Assembly: GCA_964610875.1 (NCBI GenBank)
Contig: CAZSWP010000003.1
Coordinates: 80,113-144,112 of the forward strand
DNA from: an uncultured archaeon
Lineage (GTDB): Archaea > Asgardarchaeota > Thorarchaeia > Thorarchaeales > Thorarchaeaceae
Direction: 5' to 3'
Length of the DNA: 64,000 bases
Shown here: one piece after another, positions 31,030 through 41,371 of the stretch
Numbering within the stretch: position 1 is the stretch's first letter
Layout of the letters: each line of letters starts with the position of its first letter
The notes under the pieces: generated by a model
Seen by the model: only the letters and a program-made list of their open reading frames with translations
Databases searched by the model: none
Told to the model about the DNA's origin: nothing
Translations under genes and position numbers: made by a program

Positions 31030-31707
31030 ATGATGCCACGAATTGATGTTTGGCTTGTGGAACAGGGACTATTCAAATCAAGGCAGGCTGCAAAGAGAGC
31101 TATAAGGAATGGATACGTAAAAGTCAATGGGGTCATAGCAAAGCCGTCTACCAAAATTTCTGGAAACGAATCGGTTGAGGTTTCCGATGATGCTAAAGAT
31201 GTGCCACTTGGTTATACTAAACTAAGGCAGATAAATCATCATCTCCATAACAGACTTATCCAATCTGGAATGAGAGCACTAGATATTGGTAGTTCTGTAG
31301 GAGGTTTTCTCAAGTATCTACTAGAAAAAGATGTCATTGTAACAGGAATTGAAATTTCAGATGAATTCATACAAGAGTTAGAACATCTAGTAGAAGAATA
31401 TGACACACTCTCATTGATTATAGATGATGCATTTCTCCTCGAGCCCTCAGAACTGTTTGAAAAAGAAGACTTTGATTTACTTCTCATTGATGTAACAACA
31501 GATCCGGATGGCACAATCTCACTAGCAGAGAAATACTCCCTATTTGTGAAAAAAGGAGGGTACATGCTGCTGGCAATCAAATCACAAGAAGATGACCTCG
31601 AAAGAAAAACGATTGATCATGTACTCCAAGAATTAGGGTTCTCTGAATTACAAGTAATACAACTTGATGACTCAAAGAAGGAAATACACATAGTAGCTCT
31701 TCGCTAG
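31030..31707 (+). CDS. S4-domain TlyA-like rRNA methyltransferase
   Basis: RIDVWLVEQGLFKSRQAAKRAI S4 motif; ALDIGSSVGGF SAM motif. Confidence 0.85.
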   Translation: MMPRIDVWLVEQGLFKSRQAAKRAIRNGYVKVNGVIAKPSTKISGNESVEVSDDAKDVPLGYTKLRQINHHLHNRLIQSGMRALDIGSSVGGFLKYLLEKDVIVTGIEISDEFIQELEHLVEEYDTLSLIIDDAFLLEPSELFEKEDFDLLLIDVTTDPDGTISLAEKYSLFVKKGGYMLLAIKSQEDDLERKTIDHVLQELGFSELQVIQLDDSKKEIHIVALR

Positions 31708-31746
31708 TAAGCAACTCTTTTATTGGGATTAGACTAGCGATGGATA

Positions 31747-31856
31747 GGGCCGCTAGTCTAGCCCGGCTATGATGTCTCGTTTACACCGAGAATTCGCATG
31801 AGCATCATGCTCATCGACATCGAAGGTCGCTGGTTCAAATCCGGCGCGGCCCACCA
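31747..31856 (+). tRNA. tRNA-Val(TAC) with non-canonical intron at about 44/45 (31793-31824)
   Basis: Acceptor GGGCCGC/GCGGCCC-A-CCA; anticodon arm TCTCG-tttacac-CGAGA; a 32-nt hairpin insert precedes GGTC and the T arm. Confidence 0.88.
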
Positions 31857-31922
31857 CTTTTTCAACCTTGGACAAATAACAAAGGTTGAAGAGTAAAAAC
31901 GCCCGAAAAAAGTCATGCAAAT

Positions 31923-32044
31923 GCGGGAGTAGCCAAGCCCGGTCAAAGGCGGTGGACTTAAGATCGGATGAATTACGGGGTCATTACGTATAGGACATCC
32001 ACTCTCGTAGGAGTCCGTGGGTTCGAAGCCCACCTCCCGCACCA
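31923..32044 (+). tRNA. tRNA-Leu(TAA) with 37/38 intron (31963-31996)
   Basis: GCGGGAG/CTCCCGC-A-CCA, GTGGA-ctTAAg^a-TCCAC, long variable arm. Confidence 0.92.
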
Positions 32045-32100
32045 TCTTTTCTATTCAGATAGTCTTATTGGTAATCAGATGTTCCAACCACAAGAGTACA

Positions 32101-33420
32101 ATGACCTATAAAGACCTCATTTTTCCAGATGGATTTCAGTGGGGTAGTGCAGCATCAGCCCATCAGACTGAAGGAGATAATCACAATAACTGGAGCGACT
32201 GGGAAAAGATTCCTGGCAAGATAAAGGATGATAGCGACTCCAGTATTGCATGTGATCATTACAACAGGTATCAGGAAGACTTCGAACTGGCAAAACAGCT
32301 TGGGCATCAAGTCCATCGTTTCTCCATCGAATGGAGTCGGATTGAACCAAAACAGGGTGAATGGAATCTAAAGGAGATTGACCATTACAAGTCCGTAATC
32401 AAATCATTAATAGATCTTGATATTCAACCAATGGTCACACTTCACCATTTCACAGAGCCCATTTGGTTCAGAAACATTGGTTCATGGCTGAATCCTGAGT
32501 CTGCGGAAACATTTGCACCTTTTTGCCGAAAAGTTGCTGAAGCGTTTAATGAATTTGATATCATCTGGAATACCATAAACGAACCAATCATTGTTGCATC
32601 TCTAGGATATCTCTTTGGAGATTTTCCTCCAGAAATCAAAGACTTTGGAAAGACCGTAGAAGTTGCAATGAATCTCCTCAAGGCACATGGTCAAGCGGCA
32701 ACACAAATACGTGAAGTATACAGTGACTTAGGGAAGCTACAACCTCAGATTGCTCCTGTACTCAGTGTTTCATATTTCATGCCACATAATCCACAAAATG
32801 AAGATGACTTGGAACTGGTTGCATATCTTGATGATCTCTACAATCACAACTGGATCAGGGGTGCCATAAAGGGAATACTTCCAGAACCAATGGGTGATGG
32901 TAGTAGATACAAGCCACTTGAAAAATCGGTAGATTTCATAGGTGTGAACTATTACAGTAGGATGGTAGTGTCCTCGGAGATGGATTTCACGTCAGGTGAG
33001 ATGCCTCCTAAAGATCCCAATCTTGAGAGGTGTGAGGGTCTTGACTGGGAGGTCTATCCTGAAGGCTACTATCATGTTTTGAAATCTTACTGGGATTCAT
33101 ACAATAAACCTCTCTTTTTGACTGAGAATGGAATTGGAACTAGTGACGATACAGTCAAACAGCGATACTTGATTACACATCTTCAGCAGGTACACAGAGC
33201 GATTGAGGAAGGTGCAGATATTCGAGGATATCTAGTATGGTCTCTGACTGATAACTTTGAATGGGCTGAAGGTTTCAGTAGTCATTTTGGACTTGTTGAA
33301 GTAGACTATGAAACCTTAGAACGCACTCCACGAGAGAGTGCATTCATGTTTCGTGATATCATACAGAATAATGGTATAACCTCTGGACTCCAAAAGAAAT
33401 ACCTTGATTCGAAGCAATAA
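32101..33420 (+). CDS. Glycoside hydrolase family 1 (beta-glucosidase-like)
   Basis: FPDGFQWGSAASAHQTEG, RFSIEWSRI, TINEP and LTENG catalytic Glu motifs, DNFEWAEG; start set to ATG 32101 after the tRNA. Confidence 0.95.
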   Translation: MTYKDLIFPDGFQWGSAASAHQTEGDNHNNWSDWEKIPGKIKDDSDSSIACDHYNRYQEDFELAKQLGHQVHRFSIEWSRIEPKQGEWNLKEIDHYKSVIKSLIDLDIQPMVTLHHFTEPIWFRNIGSWLNPESAETFAPFCRKVAEAFNEFDIIWNTINEPIIVASLGYLFGDFPPEIKDFGKTVEVAMNLLKAHGQAATQIREVYSDLGKLQPQIAPVLSVSYFMPHNPQNEDDLELVAYLDDLYNHNWIRGAIKGILPEPMGDGSRYKPLEKSVDFIGVNYYSRMVVSSEMDFTSGEMPPKDPNLERCEGLDWEVYPEGYYHVLKSYWDSYNKPLFLTENGIGTSDDTVKQRYLITHLQQVHRAIEEGADIRGYLVWSLTDNFEWAEGFSSHFGLVEVDYETLERTPRESAFMFRDIIQNNGITSGLQKKYLDSKQ

Positions 33421-33472
33421 TGATGTTCAAATAGAAACATCTAAAGCAACAACTGAGGCGGCATAGTCTACA

Positions 33473-34036
33473 ATGCCTTTTCAGACTTTTATTATCTCAG
33501 CATGTCTTATCTTAATTATGGAATTAGGTGATAAGACCATGTTGACAGCAATGTGTCTTAGTGCACAGTACCGAAGGTCTGGTATTGTTCTTCTCGCAAC
33601 GATGCTTGCATTGACATTCTCAACTATAATTGCGATAGTCATAGCATGGATTCTTTCTGCAACACTACCTGTCGAAATTATAATCTACATCTCTGGATTT
33701 CTATTCATATTGCTTGGTATTCACTCGCTAGTCAAAAGTAATTCCGAAGAGGTAGACAACTGTGAAAATCCAGGGACATTCCTAAGTATGTTCTCACTGG
33801 TATTATTCTCAGAATTAGGCGATAAGAGTCAGCTAGCAACCTTAGCTCTTGCTGCACAATCACTGTATCCCCTGATGGTATTTGTTGGTGCTATTTTGGG
33901 ATTTCTAATTGTGAACCTGCTAGGCGTTGTAGTGGGTAAGAAAACATCATCTAGAATTTCAATCAAGACTGTGAAGAAGGTAGCTGGTCTGGTCTTCATA
34001 GTGTTTGGTATTCTCATTATCTTTGGTTTTCTCTAG
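33473..34036 (+). CDS. TMEM165/GDT1 (UPF0016) Ca/Mn transporter
   Basis: Two ELGDK(T/S) motifs and about 6 TM helices. Confidence 0.92.
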   Translation: MPFQTFIISACLILIMELGDKTMLTAMCLSAQYRRSGIVLLATMLALTFSTIIAIVIAWILSATLPVEIIIYISGFLFILLGIHSLVKSNSEEVDNCENPGTFLSMFSLVLFSELGDKSQLATLALAAQSLYPLMVFVGAILGFLIVNLLGVVVGKKTSSRISIKTVKKVAGLVFIVFGILIIFGFL

Positions 34037-34100
34037 TAAGACGAAGCCTTTATGACTCGCCTAAGAGGGAATCATTCGTAGCATTGAGGTGTGATATATA

Positions 34101-35453
34101 GTGAGTCTGGACGAGTCAGGATATACTGGATCTGTATTACAATTAATAGCATCAGCCAATGCAAAAGTTGGCGACCAAGTCAAAATATCACACGATGATT
34201 CTGAGTTCATTGGAATCCTTATGCCACGCAGCCAAGTTGGTTCTGACCCTAATCATATTGTTATCAAACTTGAGAGCGGATATAATATCGGCATCAGATT
34301 GTCTGAAAACACTACACTTGAGAAAATCAAGACACCTCGTAGACCGAAACGAAAGGATATTGAAACAACAACTCTAACTACGAAGGGGTTGCCTAAAGTC
34401 TCAGTATTGAGTACCGGTGGAACAATTGCAAGTAGAGTTGATTATCGTACTGGTGCCGTGAATCCCGCTCTAACAGCACAAGATTTCTATGATTCCATTC
34501 CTGAATTACAGGAACATGCAAACATAACAGCAAAGATAATGATGAGTGTTCTCTCTGAGAATGTCCATCCCAGTGATTGGGAAAAAATAGCGCGTAGTGT
34601 TGCATCTCAAATACGCAATAGTGCAGATGGCGTTGTTGTTGCTCATGGTACTGATACTCTTGCTTTCACTGCAACCGCTCTTGCATTTGCACTACAAGAT
34701 TTACCAGTACCAGTGGCACTTGTTGGTTCACAAAGGTCTTCTGATAGGCCATCATCCGATGCATCCTTGAATCTAATTGGTGCTATAGACTTAGTAGGAC
34801 GGGTTCATGCGGCAGAAGTAATGGTTGTGATGCATGGAGTACCAGATGACAGCTTTCTCTATGCTCACAGAGCTGCACGGTCTCGTAAACTACATACTAG
34901 CAGAAGGGATGCCTTTCAATCAGTCAATGCACTCCCTCTATTCAAGATTGATAATGGAGAATCGTTCGAACTCAATGTGCCTCTACGGCGACGTGACAAG
35001 GATAGAAAACTCAAATTAAAAGCAAAATTTGATGATAGAGTTGCTCTAGTAAAGACACATCCTGGAATTCATGACTCTTTTATTACCAGTCTGATCGATA
35101 GTGACTACAAAGGTATAATCATAGAGGGCACAGGACTTGGTCATATTCCTGAGTGCATCTATCCTGGAATTCGCAAAGCAATTGCGGAAGACATCATTGT
35201 TGCAATGACAAGCCAGTGCATAAACGGACGAGTGGATATGAATGTCTATCGCACAGGAGTAGAGCTCCTTGAGATGGGAGTGATATCCTGTGAGGATATG
35301 TTGTCTGAGGTCGCTCTGGTAAAACTAATGTGGCTTTTAGCAAATCAGAAGGATTCGGATAAGATTCGAGTTCAGATGGTTCAATCTCTGGTAGGCGAGA
35401 TAGATATGCGAAGTGAACTCTCTGAATATACTGGAAACTCGGAGTTGATGTAG
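34101..35453 (+). CDS. gatD: Glu-tRNA(Gln) amidotransferase subunit D
   Basis: IVIKLESGYNIG, STGGTIASRVDYRTG, HGTDT, GSQRSSDRPSSD, HTSRRDAF. Confidence 0.96.
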   Translation: MSLDESGYTGSVLQLIASANAKVGDQVKISHDDSEFIGILMPRSQVGSDPNHIVIKLESGYNIGIRLSENTTLEKIKTPRRPKRKDIETTTLTTKGLPKVSVLSTGGTIASRVDYRTGAVNPALTAQDFYDSIPELQEHANITAKIMMSVLSENVHPSDWEKIARSVASQIRNSADGVVVAHGTDTLAFTATALAFALQDLPVPVALVGSQRSSDRPSSDASLNLIGAIDLVGRVHAAEVMVVMHGVPDDSFLYAHRAARSRKLHTSRRDAFQSVNALPLFKIDNGESFELNVPLRRRDKDRKLKLKAKFDDRVALVKTHPGIHDSFITSLIDSDYKGIIIEGTGLGHIPECIYPGIRKAIAEDIIVAMTSQCINGRVDMNVYRTGVELLEMGVISCEDMLSEVALVKLMWLLANQKDSDKIRVQMVQSLVGEIDMRSELSEYTGNSELM

Positions 35454-35454
35454 C

Positions 35455-37374
35455 ATGGTGTCTAAAGAACATTACAAGAAAATCAGACTCATGGTTGGCC
35501 TGGAACTCCATCAACAATTGGACACCTCAAGAAAACTCTACTGTCATTGTCCTACACTCATCCGCGATGACGAACCTCATGGCAAAATCATTAGGCGACT
35601 CAGACCTACCAAAAGTGAGATGGGGGAGATTGATCCAGCAGCTCTCTTCGAGTTTCAAAGGAAGAAGCGATTCTGCTATGAATACTACAATGATAGCACA
35701 TGTCTGGTAGAAGCAGATGAAGAACCTCCTCATGACATCAGTAGCGAGGCAATCGACATATGTCTTACAATGGCAGAGTTTCTAGAGTCTACACCTGTAG
35801 ATGAGATTCACCCTATGCGTAAAATCGTAATCGACGGATCAAATACAACAGGATTCCAACGAACGGCTATTATCTCTCAAGGCGGGAGTGTTGAAGTCGA
35901 AGGGAAAACGATTGGAATTCAAGCCATCAGTCTGGAAGAAGATGCGGCAAGAAAAATTGATGAAGATGACAAGAACAACATGAGAATCTACCGTCTAGAT
36001 CGTTTGGGCATCCCTCTGATTGAGATTGCTACAGCTCCAGATATCAACACACCTGATGAGGCGCAGAATGTAGCACTAACTCTTGGACTACTCTTGAGAG
36101 CTACAGGCAAGGTGAAGCGTGGACTTGGCACGATTCGACAAGATGTGAACATCTCAATTCAAGATGGTGCCATTATGGAAATCAAGGGGTTACAACAACT
36201 CGATTTACTCTCCGTGGTGGTAGAATATGAAGCACTTCGACAAGAACGACTACTAAATATTAGAGATACTCTCATTGAACGCGGAATTACTCCGGATACT
36301 ATCAAGGATGATATCGTCAATGTGACAGCTGAGCTATCAAAAAGCGAATCGAAGGTCTTGAAGCGCGCTTTGAAAGCAGATGGCTCCATTTTTGCTGTCA
36401 AACTACCCGGTTTTGCAGGACTAATCGGTATGGAGATACAACCCAATCGTCGACTCGGAACAGAATTATCCGATTATGCGAAGTTCTGGGGCAACGTGGG
36501 AGGGATATTCCATACTGATGAACTACCAAAACATGGGATAACCCAAGATGAAGTAGATAGAATACGAAAGACACTCAAGACAGAAGAAGAGGACGCCGTT
36601 GTACTAGTTGCTGCTGCAAAAGAGAATTGTATAGATGCTCTTACTGCAGTTGTAGAGCGTGCAAGAGAGGCTGTAATTGGGGTCCCAGCTGAAACACGTA
36701 CACCACTACCAAATGGTACATCAAAATACGCTCGTCCGCGACCTGGCGCAAGTCGAATGTATCCCGAAACCGATGTACGACCAGTAAAAATCACAGAATC
36801 ACACCTTCGTAAAATCAAGAAAAATATGCCCGAAACCCTTGAAGAGAAGGAGAAACGTTACATAGCTGAACACAAATTGAGCCAAGAACTCGCTTTACAA
36901 ATGGCCAAGTCTTTGAATATGGACCTCTTTGAAAAACTTGTAGAAGAAACTGGCGAAAGCCCAACTCTGATTGCGGCCACTCTTGAGAATACTGTTGTCA
37001 GTCTTCACCGAGATGAAATCCCAACAGAACAAATAACTGACCAGCACTTCATCGAACTTTTCCACATGACCAAAAGGGGGAAGATAGCACAAGATGCGAT
37101 AGCAGAAATCCTCACATATCTTGCAAACCATCCCAATTTCAGTGTAGAAGATGCAATCGAAGCTAAAGGACTTGGTATAGTTGATCAAGATGAGTTAACC
37201 GCAACCATCAGAAAAATCGTTAAAGAACGAAAGGACTACATTCTTGAAGCTGGTGATAGAGCTATTGGTGGTCTAATGGGTGCTGCCATGAAGGAGTTAC
37301 GCGGGAAAGCCGATGGTAAGACTGTAAAGAATTTGATAGCAGCTGAGGTAAAACGAGTTCTGGACTCATCATGA
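35455..37374 (+). CDS. gatE: Glu-tRNA(Gln) amidotransferase subunit E
   Basis: GLELHQQL, CLVEADEEPPH, IDGSNTTGFQRT, RLDRLGIPLIEIAT, RPRPGASRMYPETD. Confidence 0.96.
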   Translation: MVSKEHYKKIRLMVGLELHQQLDTSRKLYCHCPTLIRDDEPHGKIIRRLRPTKSEMGEIDPAALFEFQRKKRFCYEYYNDSTCLVEADEEPPHDISSEAIDICLTMAEFLESTPVDEIHPMRKIVIDGSNTTGFQRTAIISQGGSVEVEGKTIGIQAISLEEDAARKIDEDDKNNMRIYRLDRLGIPLIEIATAPDINTPDEAQNVALTLGLLLRATGKVKRGLGTIRQDVNISIQDGAIMEIKGLQQLDLLSVVVEYEALRQERLLNIRDTLIERGITPDTIKDDIVNVTAELSKSESKVLKRALKADGSIFAVKLPGFAGLIGMEIQPNRRLGTELSDYAKFWGNVGGIFHTDELPKHGITQDEVDRIRKTLKTEEEDAVVLVAAAKENCIDALTAVVERAREAVIGVPAETRTPLPNGTSKYARPRPGASRMYPETDVRPVKITESHLRKIKKNMPETLEEKEKRYIAEHKLSQELALQMAKSLNMDLFEKLVEETGESPTLIAATLENTVVSLHRDEIPTEQITDQHFIELFHMTKRGKIAQDAIAEILTYLANHPNFSVEDAIEAKGLGIVDQDELTATIRKIVKERKDYILEAGDRAIGGLMGAAMKELRGKADGKTVKNLIAAEVKRVLDSS

Positions 37375-37471
37375 TTTTTTTGTGAGGACGGCAACTTTAA
37401 TAGCGCAACCCGCTGGTTTGCTCAAACTGTGGAATCTGGGCTTTGTCCATTCCATTTTACCTGAGAAACGT

Positions 37472-37609
37472 GCCGCAGTGGCCTAGCCTGGCAGGGCGCG
37501 AGACTCATAATCTGATTGAACTACTCAATCAAAAATATGGGGTCAACGTCTCGAAGGCCCGAGATGAGAAATCTCGAAGTCGAGGGCTCGAATCCCTCCT
37601 GCGGCACCA
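37472..37609 (+). tRNA. tRNA-Met(CAT), elongator-type, with 61-nt 37/38 intron (37510-37570)
   Basis: GCCGCAG/CTGCGGC-A-CCA, CGAGA-ctCATa^a-TCTCG; T loop reads CTCGAAT. Confidence 0.88.
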
Positions 37610-37985
37610 TCTCTCTTCCAAAATAGATGAATACAATGACAATGCTACAAGTCAGGTATTTCTTCATGACTAGAATGACCAAATACAATCCGGACTCTCT
37701 AATAGAGAAGAAAAAGTGCAGTCATCAATTGAATTGGAATTGGTCCTGTATAGTAGAGAAAGTTGATTGGTGGAATTATCATTAGTGGAACAAGGAAACT
37801 GCCCATCGGAACGATTAGTGTACAGGCCTCCAAAAATAGCGGTTCAATCAACAAAGAATGATTTAGATATCGTTTCACAATCTTTCCATCAATCAATTTA
37901 TTTAGACCTTAACGGTTGCGCAAAAGGGGTCGTAGGTGGTATACAATTCCTATCGACCGTTTCACCAATCTGATGGTGTTGTCTA

Positions 37986-39482
37986 TTGGAGAGAAATCAG
38001 GGAATAATCAGCGTCTTCGACAAGACAGGAATTATTGATTTTTGCAACAAAATATCAGAATATTTTCACTTTATCAGTACAGGAAAGACCGCAAAACTTC
38101 TCGAATCAGCCAACATACCTGTAAACACTGTTTCCAGTGTGACAAACTATCCTGAGATACTTGATGGGCGTGTAAAGACTCTGCATCCAAAAATCATGGG
38201 TGGCATCCTTGGGACTGCCGCGCACGAAACCGAGCTCAAACAAATGGACCTTCGACCAATAGGTTTGGTCGTTGTTAATTTGTATCCTTTTGAACAGGTC
38301 GTTTCAAAACCACATGCGTTCATGGATGCAATAGAGAATATCGATATTGGCGGCGTGACACTTCTGCGAGCAGCTGCTAAGAACTATCATGAAGTCATAG
38401 TGGTCAGTTCTCCTGAAGACTATGGTAGTGTGGCAGACGCGATAAAATCAGAATCGCTATCCATGGAATTTCGGAAAGAACTAGCCAAGGAAGCTTTCTT
38501 CCATACTGCAAAATATGATATTGCTATCAGTAAATATCTCTCATCAGAAGACAGATTTCCACCAAGTTTTGTCTTGGGATTTGACCGTCCTCAACACTTG
38601 CGATATGGTGAGAACTGGCATCAAGAAGCTCGATATTATCTCCGAACCGACAAGGAGCCATTCTTTGAACAAATTCATGGGAAGGAGGTTTCTTACAACA
38701 ATCTTGTTGATTTCTATGCCGCTATCGGACTATTTTCTGAGCATAACGGACCAGCATGCGCAATAATCAAACACACAAGTCCTTGTGGTTTTGCTACTGG
38801 TGATGACATTGAAACTGCTTTTGATCATGCTTTTGCCACGGACAATCTTTCTGCATTCGGTTCGATTATGGGTTTCAACCGCCCGGTGACCGCTGAACTA
38901 GCTAGAAAAGTCAATGCAATGTTTGTGGATGGAATCATTGCACATAGCTATCATGATGATGCACTTGAGATACTGAAAAAGAAGAAAAACATCATAATCT
39001 GCAATTTCAAAGAGTATGAAATTCCTGATTTGACAATAAGATTGGTTCCCAATGGAATCCTAGTTCAACCAACGGACACTCACATCATCTCAGAATTGGA
39101 CTTCAAAGTGGTCACAAAGAAATCACCAACGCCTGAACAGATGAAGGAACTCATCTTCGCGTGGAAAGTAGTGAAATATGCCAAGTCTAATGCAGCAGTC
39201 ATAAGTAAGAGGACACGAACCCTTGGAATAGGCATGGGTCAGACTTCCAGAATCGCAGCTGTAGAACTCGCTTTACAACGTGCAGGTGATAGAGCAAGGA
39301 ATGCAGTAATGGCATCTGATGCGTTCTTTCCGTATCGTGACTCCGTAGATGCAGCTGTACAAAAGGGAGTCACTGCAATAATTGCACCTGGTGGTTCGAT
39401 ACGTGACAGTGAATCAATAAAAGCTGCAGACGAAGTCGGAATTACAATGGTCTGGTCCGGCAAACGAGCTTTTTTGCATTAA
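37986..39482 (+). CDS. purH: Bifunctional AICAR formyltransferase/IMP cyclohydrolase
   Basis: ISVFDKTG, GRVKTLHPKI, IENIDIGG, LRYGEN.HQ, KSNA, ASDAFFPY.D. Confidence 0.95.
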   Translation: MERNQGIISVFDKTGIIDFCNKISEYFHFISTGKTAKLLESANIPVNTVSSVTNYPEILDGRVKTLHPKIMGGILGTAAHETELKQMDLRPIGLVVVNLYPFEQVVSKPHAFMDAIENIDIGGVTLLRAAAKNYHEVIVVSSPEDYGSVADAIKSESLSMEFRKELAKEAFFHTAKYDIAISKYLSSEDRFPPSFVLGFDRPQHLRYGENWHQEARYYLRTDKEPFFEQIHGKEVSYNNLVDFYAAIGLFSEHNGPACAIIKHTSPCGFATGDDIETAFDHAFATDNLSAFGSIMGFNRPVTAELARKVNAMFVDGIIAHSYHDDALEILKKKKNIIICNFKEYEIPDLTIRLVPNGILVQPTDTHIISELDFKVVTKKSPTPEQMKELIFAWKVVKYAKSNAAVISKRTRTLGIGMGQTSRIAAVELALQRAGDRARNAVMASDAFFPYRDSVDAAVQKGVTAIIAPGGSIRDSESIKAADEVGITMVWSGKRAFLH

Positions 39483-39605
39483 CCTGACAATTTGAAAGAG
39501 TGCTTTTACTGTAGACAGATTTTTGAATGGTACTTCTCTAGCCAGACATAATCAGAAAGAATATGTTCTGATTTTGTAGAGTCATCTCAGGAGTGGTAGT
39601 AACAA

Positions 39606-40811
39606 ATGGTTCTCGCATTCAAAACCCTTGATGATGTTGATGTCAAAGGAAAAAGAGTTCTCGTTCGGTTAGATATCAATTGTTCTGTTGAGCCGGATAC
39701 TAAGGAGATACTGGATGACACTAGAATTGTGGCTGCTCTCCCTACCTTGAATGAATTATCCGAGAGCAAAGTCGTACTCATGGCACACCAAGGTCGTCCT
39801 GGTAGCGATGATTTCATCTCTCTAGAACCACATACTGAGATTCTAAAGGAAAAAGGGATCAATGCACACTTTATCGATGACATCTTTGGTGATAAAGCAA
39901 AGCAGGCAATCAAAGCACTAGAAGATGGAGAAGTCCTAGTACTTCAAAATGTTAGATATTTTGACGGTGAACTCAAGAAGGCACCTCCTGAAGAGGTTGC
40001 AAAGGAGCCCTTGGTACAGGAGATCTATCCTCTATTTGACCTATTTGTCAATGACGCATTTGGAGCTGCTCACCGTTCTCAAGCCTCTCTTGTTGGCTTC
40101 ACAACTGTGTTGCCTTCCGTTGCTGGTAGATTGGTGGAAAAAGAGATACGTACATTGAAATCAGCGACCGAGACTGAGAAGTATCCTTGGACGCTACTGT
40201 TAGGAGGAAGTAAAGTAGAAGACAAGGTGAAGATTTTAGACAAACTACTAAGTGTAGAGCGTGTAGATCATGCCCTCCTTGGTGGACTTATCGGAACATT
40301 GTTTTTAATCGCAAATGGTGAAATATCTGAAACATATTCCAGACCTATCAAAGGATATAGTAAATCCGTTGAAACGGCAAGGACCCTTTTGGATAAATAC
40401 CCAAAAGTAATCAGCCTTCCAAAAGATGCTGCAGTAGAGAGAAATAGGGAAAGAATTGAATGCAGTTTTGAAGAGATGAATGAAGCCCCCTTCTATGATA
40501 TCGGTAGCAAGACAATAAACGAGTATGTGGAAATAATCAAGGAGTCCGCAGTAGTATTTGCTAATGGTCCAATGGGCTTTTTTGAGAAAACACCATTTGC
40601 TCTGGGCACGGAAAAGACTCTAGATGCCATTGCATCATGTCAGGGAATCACTGTGGTTGGTGGTGGTCACCTCGGATCAATGGCTGAAAAGAAGAAGCTG
40701 GATGATAAAATCACTCACATTAGCACAGGTGGTGGTGCAACTATAAACTTCCTCACAGGTAAAAAGTTGGAAGTGATAGCTGCCCTAGAGCAAGCTGCCA
40801 AACGGATGTGA
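39606..40811 (+). CDS. pgk: Phosphoglycerate kinase
   Basis: VLVRLDIN, AHQGRPG, NDAFGAAHR, NGPMGFFE, HISTGGGA. Confidence 0.96.
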   Translation: MVLAFKTLDDVDVKGKRVLVRLDINCSVEPDTKEILDDTRIVAALPTLNELSESKVVLMAHQGRPGSDDFISLEPHTEILKEKGINAHFIDDIFGDKAKQAIKALEDGEVLVLQNVRYFDGELKKAPPEEVAKEPLVQEIYPLFDLFVNDAFGAAHRSQASLVGFTTVLPSVAGRLVEKEIRTLKSATETEKYPWTLLLGGSKVEDKVKILDKLLSVERVDHALLGGLIGTLFLIANGEISETYSRPIKGYSKSVETARTLLDKYPKVISLPKDAAVERNRERIECSFEEMNEAPFYDIGSKTINEYVEIIKESAVVFANGPMGFFEKTPFALGTEKTLDAIASCQGITVVGGGHLGSMAEKKKLDDKITHISTGGGATINFLTGKKLEVIAALEQAAKRM

Positions 40812-40817
40812 ATTCAA

Positions 40818-41111
40818 TTGCAGACAGCAGCTGATCTATCATTCTGGATGCCAGTCATTTACCTATTCATAATCAATATCATTGCATTTTTCGCCATGTG
40901 GTGGGACAAGAGAAAGGCATCTCAAAATGCATGGCGTATTGCCGAAGCAACTCTTCATATCATAGGCTTCATGGGTGGTGCTTTAGGCATTTTTGGCGGA
41001 ATGTACAAATTCAGACACAAGACCCAGAAGAGAATATTCCAAGGCATTGCAATAGTCAGTCTTATTGTTTCTCTTGTGATATACTGGTTCATAGCAAACA
41101 TGTACATATAA
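40818..41111 (+). CDS. DUF1294-family membrane protein
   Basis: WDKRKA...WRIAEATLH...GGALG...FRHKTQK. Confidence 0.88.
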   Translation: MQTAADLSFWMPVIYLFIINIIAFFAMWWDKRKASQNAWRIAEATLHIIGFMGGALGIFGGMYKFRHKTQKRIFQGIAIVSLIVSLVIYWFIANMYI

Positions 41112-41165
41112 TATTGTAATACTTGTATTACCATCTTTCATCCCATGAATTGTAAAAAGAAGTAA

Positions 41166-41308
41166 TGGAGCCTCGGCCGAGATTTGAACTCGGGATCTCC
41201 TGATTTCTTGATCAAGAGACGGCAGTCTTCTGACGTACAAGTCAGGCGCATTCTAGGGAGTGATCCAAACCATGGTCACAACCTCTTAGACCACTTAGCT
41301 ACCGAGGC
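41166..41308 (-). tRNA. tRNA-Thr(TGT) with two introns (D-arm about 23/24: 41250-41284; 37/38: 41205-41235)
   Basis: GCCTCGG/CCGAGGC-T-CCA; CCTGA-ctTGTa^a-TCAGG; BHB-like TCTA/TAGA helix at the D-arm insert. Confidence 0.87.
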
Positions 41309-41371
41309 ATATACATGCGAAAAACTGAACCGATTATAGAGTTTTCGTCGAGTACACAAGAAATTCATCAT

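Larger units (their letters stand above)
15444..31660. repeat. Dispersed phased arrays of the palindromic heptad GTAWTAC (2-bp spacers, 9-bp period)
   Basis: Sites at 15444, 16303, 16926, 18796, 19385, 19887, 20605, 20954, 22277, 23748, 25086 (one good heptad), 25185, 26875, 27595, 30451, 31645; outliers at 7616 and 41116. Confidence 0.85.

Noticed and set aside
31767-32100. ORF 31767-32045(-) and the N-terminal extension of the GH1 ORF; likewise ORFs 37443-37673 and 40983-41240
   Set aside because: They overlap clear tRNA genes.
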